Shown piece by piece: positions 62,961-64,000 of a stretch of DNA of 64,000 bases (position 1 is the stretch's first letter; every line of letters starts with the position of its first letter). The stretch is taken from positions 113,336,001-113,400,000 of the forward strand of contig OX597816.1 in the NCBI GenBank assembly GCA_951406725.2. The letters are read 5' to 3'. Under the pieces are notes generated by a model. The model was not told the DNA's origin. It was given only the letters and a program-made list of their open reading frames with translations, and made no database searches. A program made the translations under genes and the position numbers. Source of the DNA: Octopus vulgaris. Its lineage: Eukaryota.

Positions 62961-63494
62961 ATAGGAGAAGGAAAGATCCAGAGAAGGGAAGACACAGGAA
63001 AAAAATCGCCAACGGTACACACGCGGTCACATTTTGAAATATATATATATATATATATATTTGTAAAAAATGAAGTTCGAAAATGCTGCTATATTATACA
63101 ATTTTTAATTTTTATATATACATTATAACATGTTTCAGTTCCTGAAATGAACCTTATCAAAAAAAGTTATATATAAAAAAAGACAGCTCATGCCGTCAAA
63201 CACAAGAAATTCATTTATAATACACAACGGAGTCAGACATCTTAGAGTTCATGTATAGTTGATATATAGTTTGAAGTAAGTTCATTCATGCTATATGTTC
63301 AAAGTGTTCGATGCAGTGGCCCACGGTGGCGATACGTATTCAATACAAAAAACAGATCAAAGTGGTGGAAAGCAGTCAATACAGAAGATTGATGTTTCCG
63401 AAAGAGCGAGGAATTCATTTTTACCTTAAGCAATTGTGATGACCCATGGTGGGTGTTCGCTGGGTGGTTCTAGTGAGTCTTGTGAAGTGCTCGG

Positions 63495-63850
63495 TTTTAT
63501 AATGCCTGTTAGGTGGTCAGTCCAGCGTAGCGTGACGTCATCAATGTTTTGACCAATCGTTTCGTTAGGTGGCTTTAGTCAAGCAGAACGGGACGTCATC
63601 ATCATTTTGACCAATCGCTGCATTATAACTGCCTCTTGTCTGTTTCCTGTTTTGACCAGTCGCTTCGTTAGTCAAGCAGAACGGGACGTCATCCAGATTC
63701 TGCCCAATCACGACTTATAGCTACATTAGATCTGCCCCCTGTCTGTACTTGTTAGGTGACTAGTCAAGCAGAAAAGGACGTCATCAATATTCTGACTAAT
63801 GACTGTCCCCTGTTTGTATTCTGTCCATTCTAGCAGAACTAGACGTCATC
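63495..63850 (-). promoter_or_regulatory. Promoter/LTR-like array: repeated GACGTCAT (CRE-like) plus CCAAT units upstream of TATAAAA
   Basis: Five GACGTCATC copies, several followed by CCAAT(C), and a minus-strand TATAAAA at 63501-63495. Confidence 0.45.
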
Positions 63851-63872
63851 ATATATATATAGAATAACAATG

Positions 63873-64000
63873 TGGAGGCGCAATGGTCAAGTGGTTAGGG
63901 TAGCGAACTCGTAGGATCGCAGTTTCGATTCCCAGACCGGGCATTGTGAGTGTTTATTGCGCGAAAATATCTAAAGCTCCACGAGGCTCCGGCAGGGGGT
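63873..64000 (+). mobile_element. tRNA-head SINE 5' part (runs off the window)
   Basis: A-box-like tggtcaagtgg and B-box-like gtttcgattcc followed by a non-tRNA body. Confidence 0.65.

Noticed and set aside
63873-63945. tRNA gene (also the SINE heads at 8877, 54613 and 61790)
   Set aside because: Only A/B-box-like heads without a complete cloverleaf, continuing into SINE bodies.

Overview
AT-rich, repeat-dense eukaryotic genomic DNA. The SINE, RTE-tail and microsatellite families look like those of Octopus (a recognition-based inference, not a database result). One protein-coding gene can be built by hand on the minus strand: mitochondrial ribosomal protein S11 (MRPS11/uS11m), with 7 coding exons from 22909 down to 5584, 624 nt, 207 aa. 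All introns are GT-AG and the phases are consistent. It includes a 26-nt micro-exon, and the stop codon abuts a GTAAGA donor. None of these exons appear in the ORF track. The rest is mostly transposon debris: tRNA-head SINEs, RTE/CR1/CRE/Hero-type LINE fragments, Penelope-like remnants with hammerhead-like motifs, Tigger, mariner, MULE and Merlin (IS1595-like) transposase relics, piggyBac- and Merlin-type MITEs, and five copies of a young non-autonomous Helitron. The most unusual structures are: an inverted copy of a 'circle junction' of a neighbouring 559-bp segment (41739-42826); a composite Helitron with two 5' ends and mariner cargo; a long intronic inverted duplication containing a nested palindrome; and a CRE/CCAAT/TATA promoter-like array near 63.5 kb. 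I found no clear new multi-gene system. All alignments and translations were done by eye.
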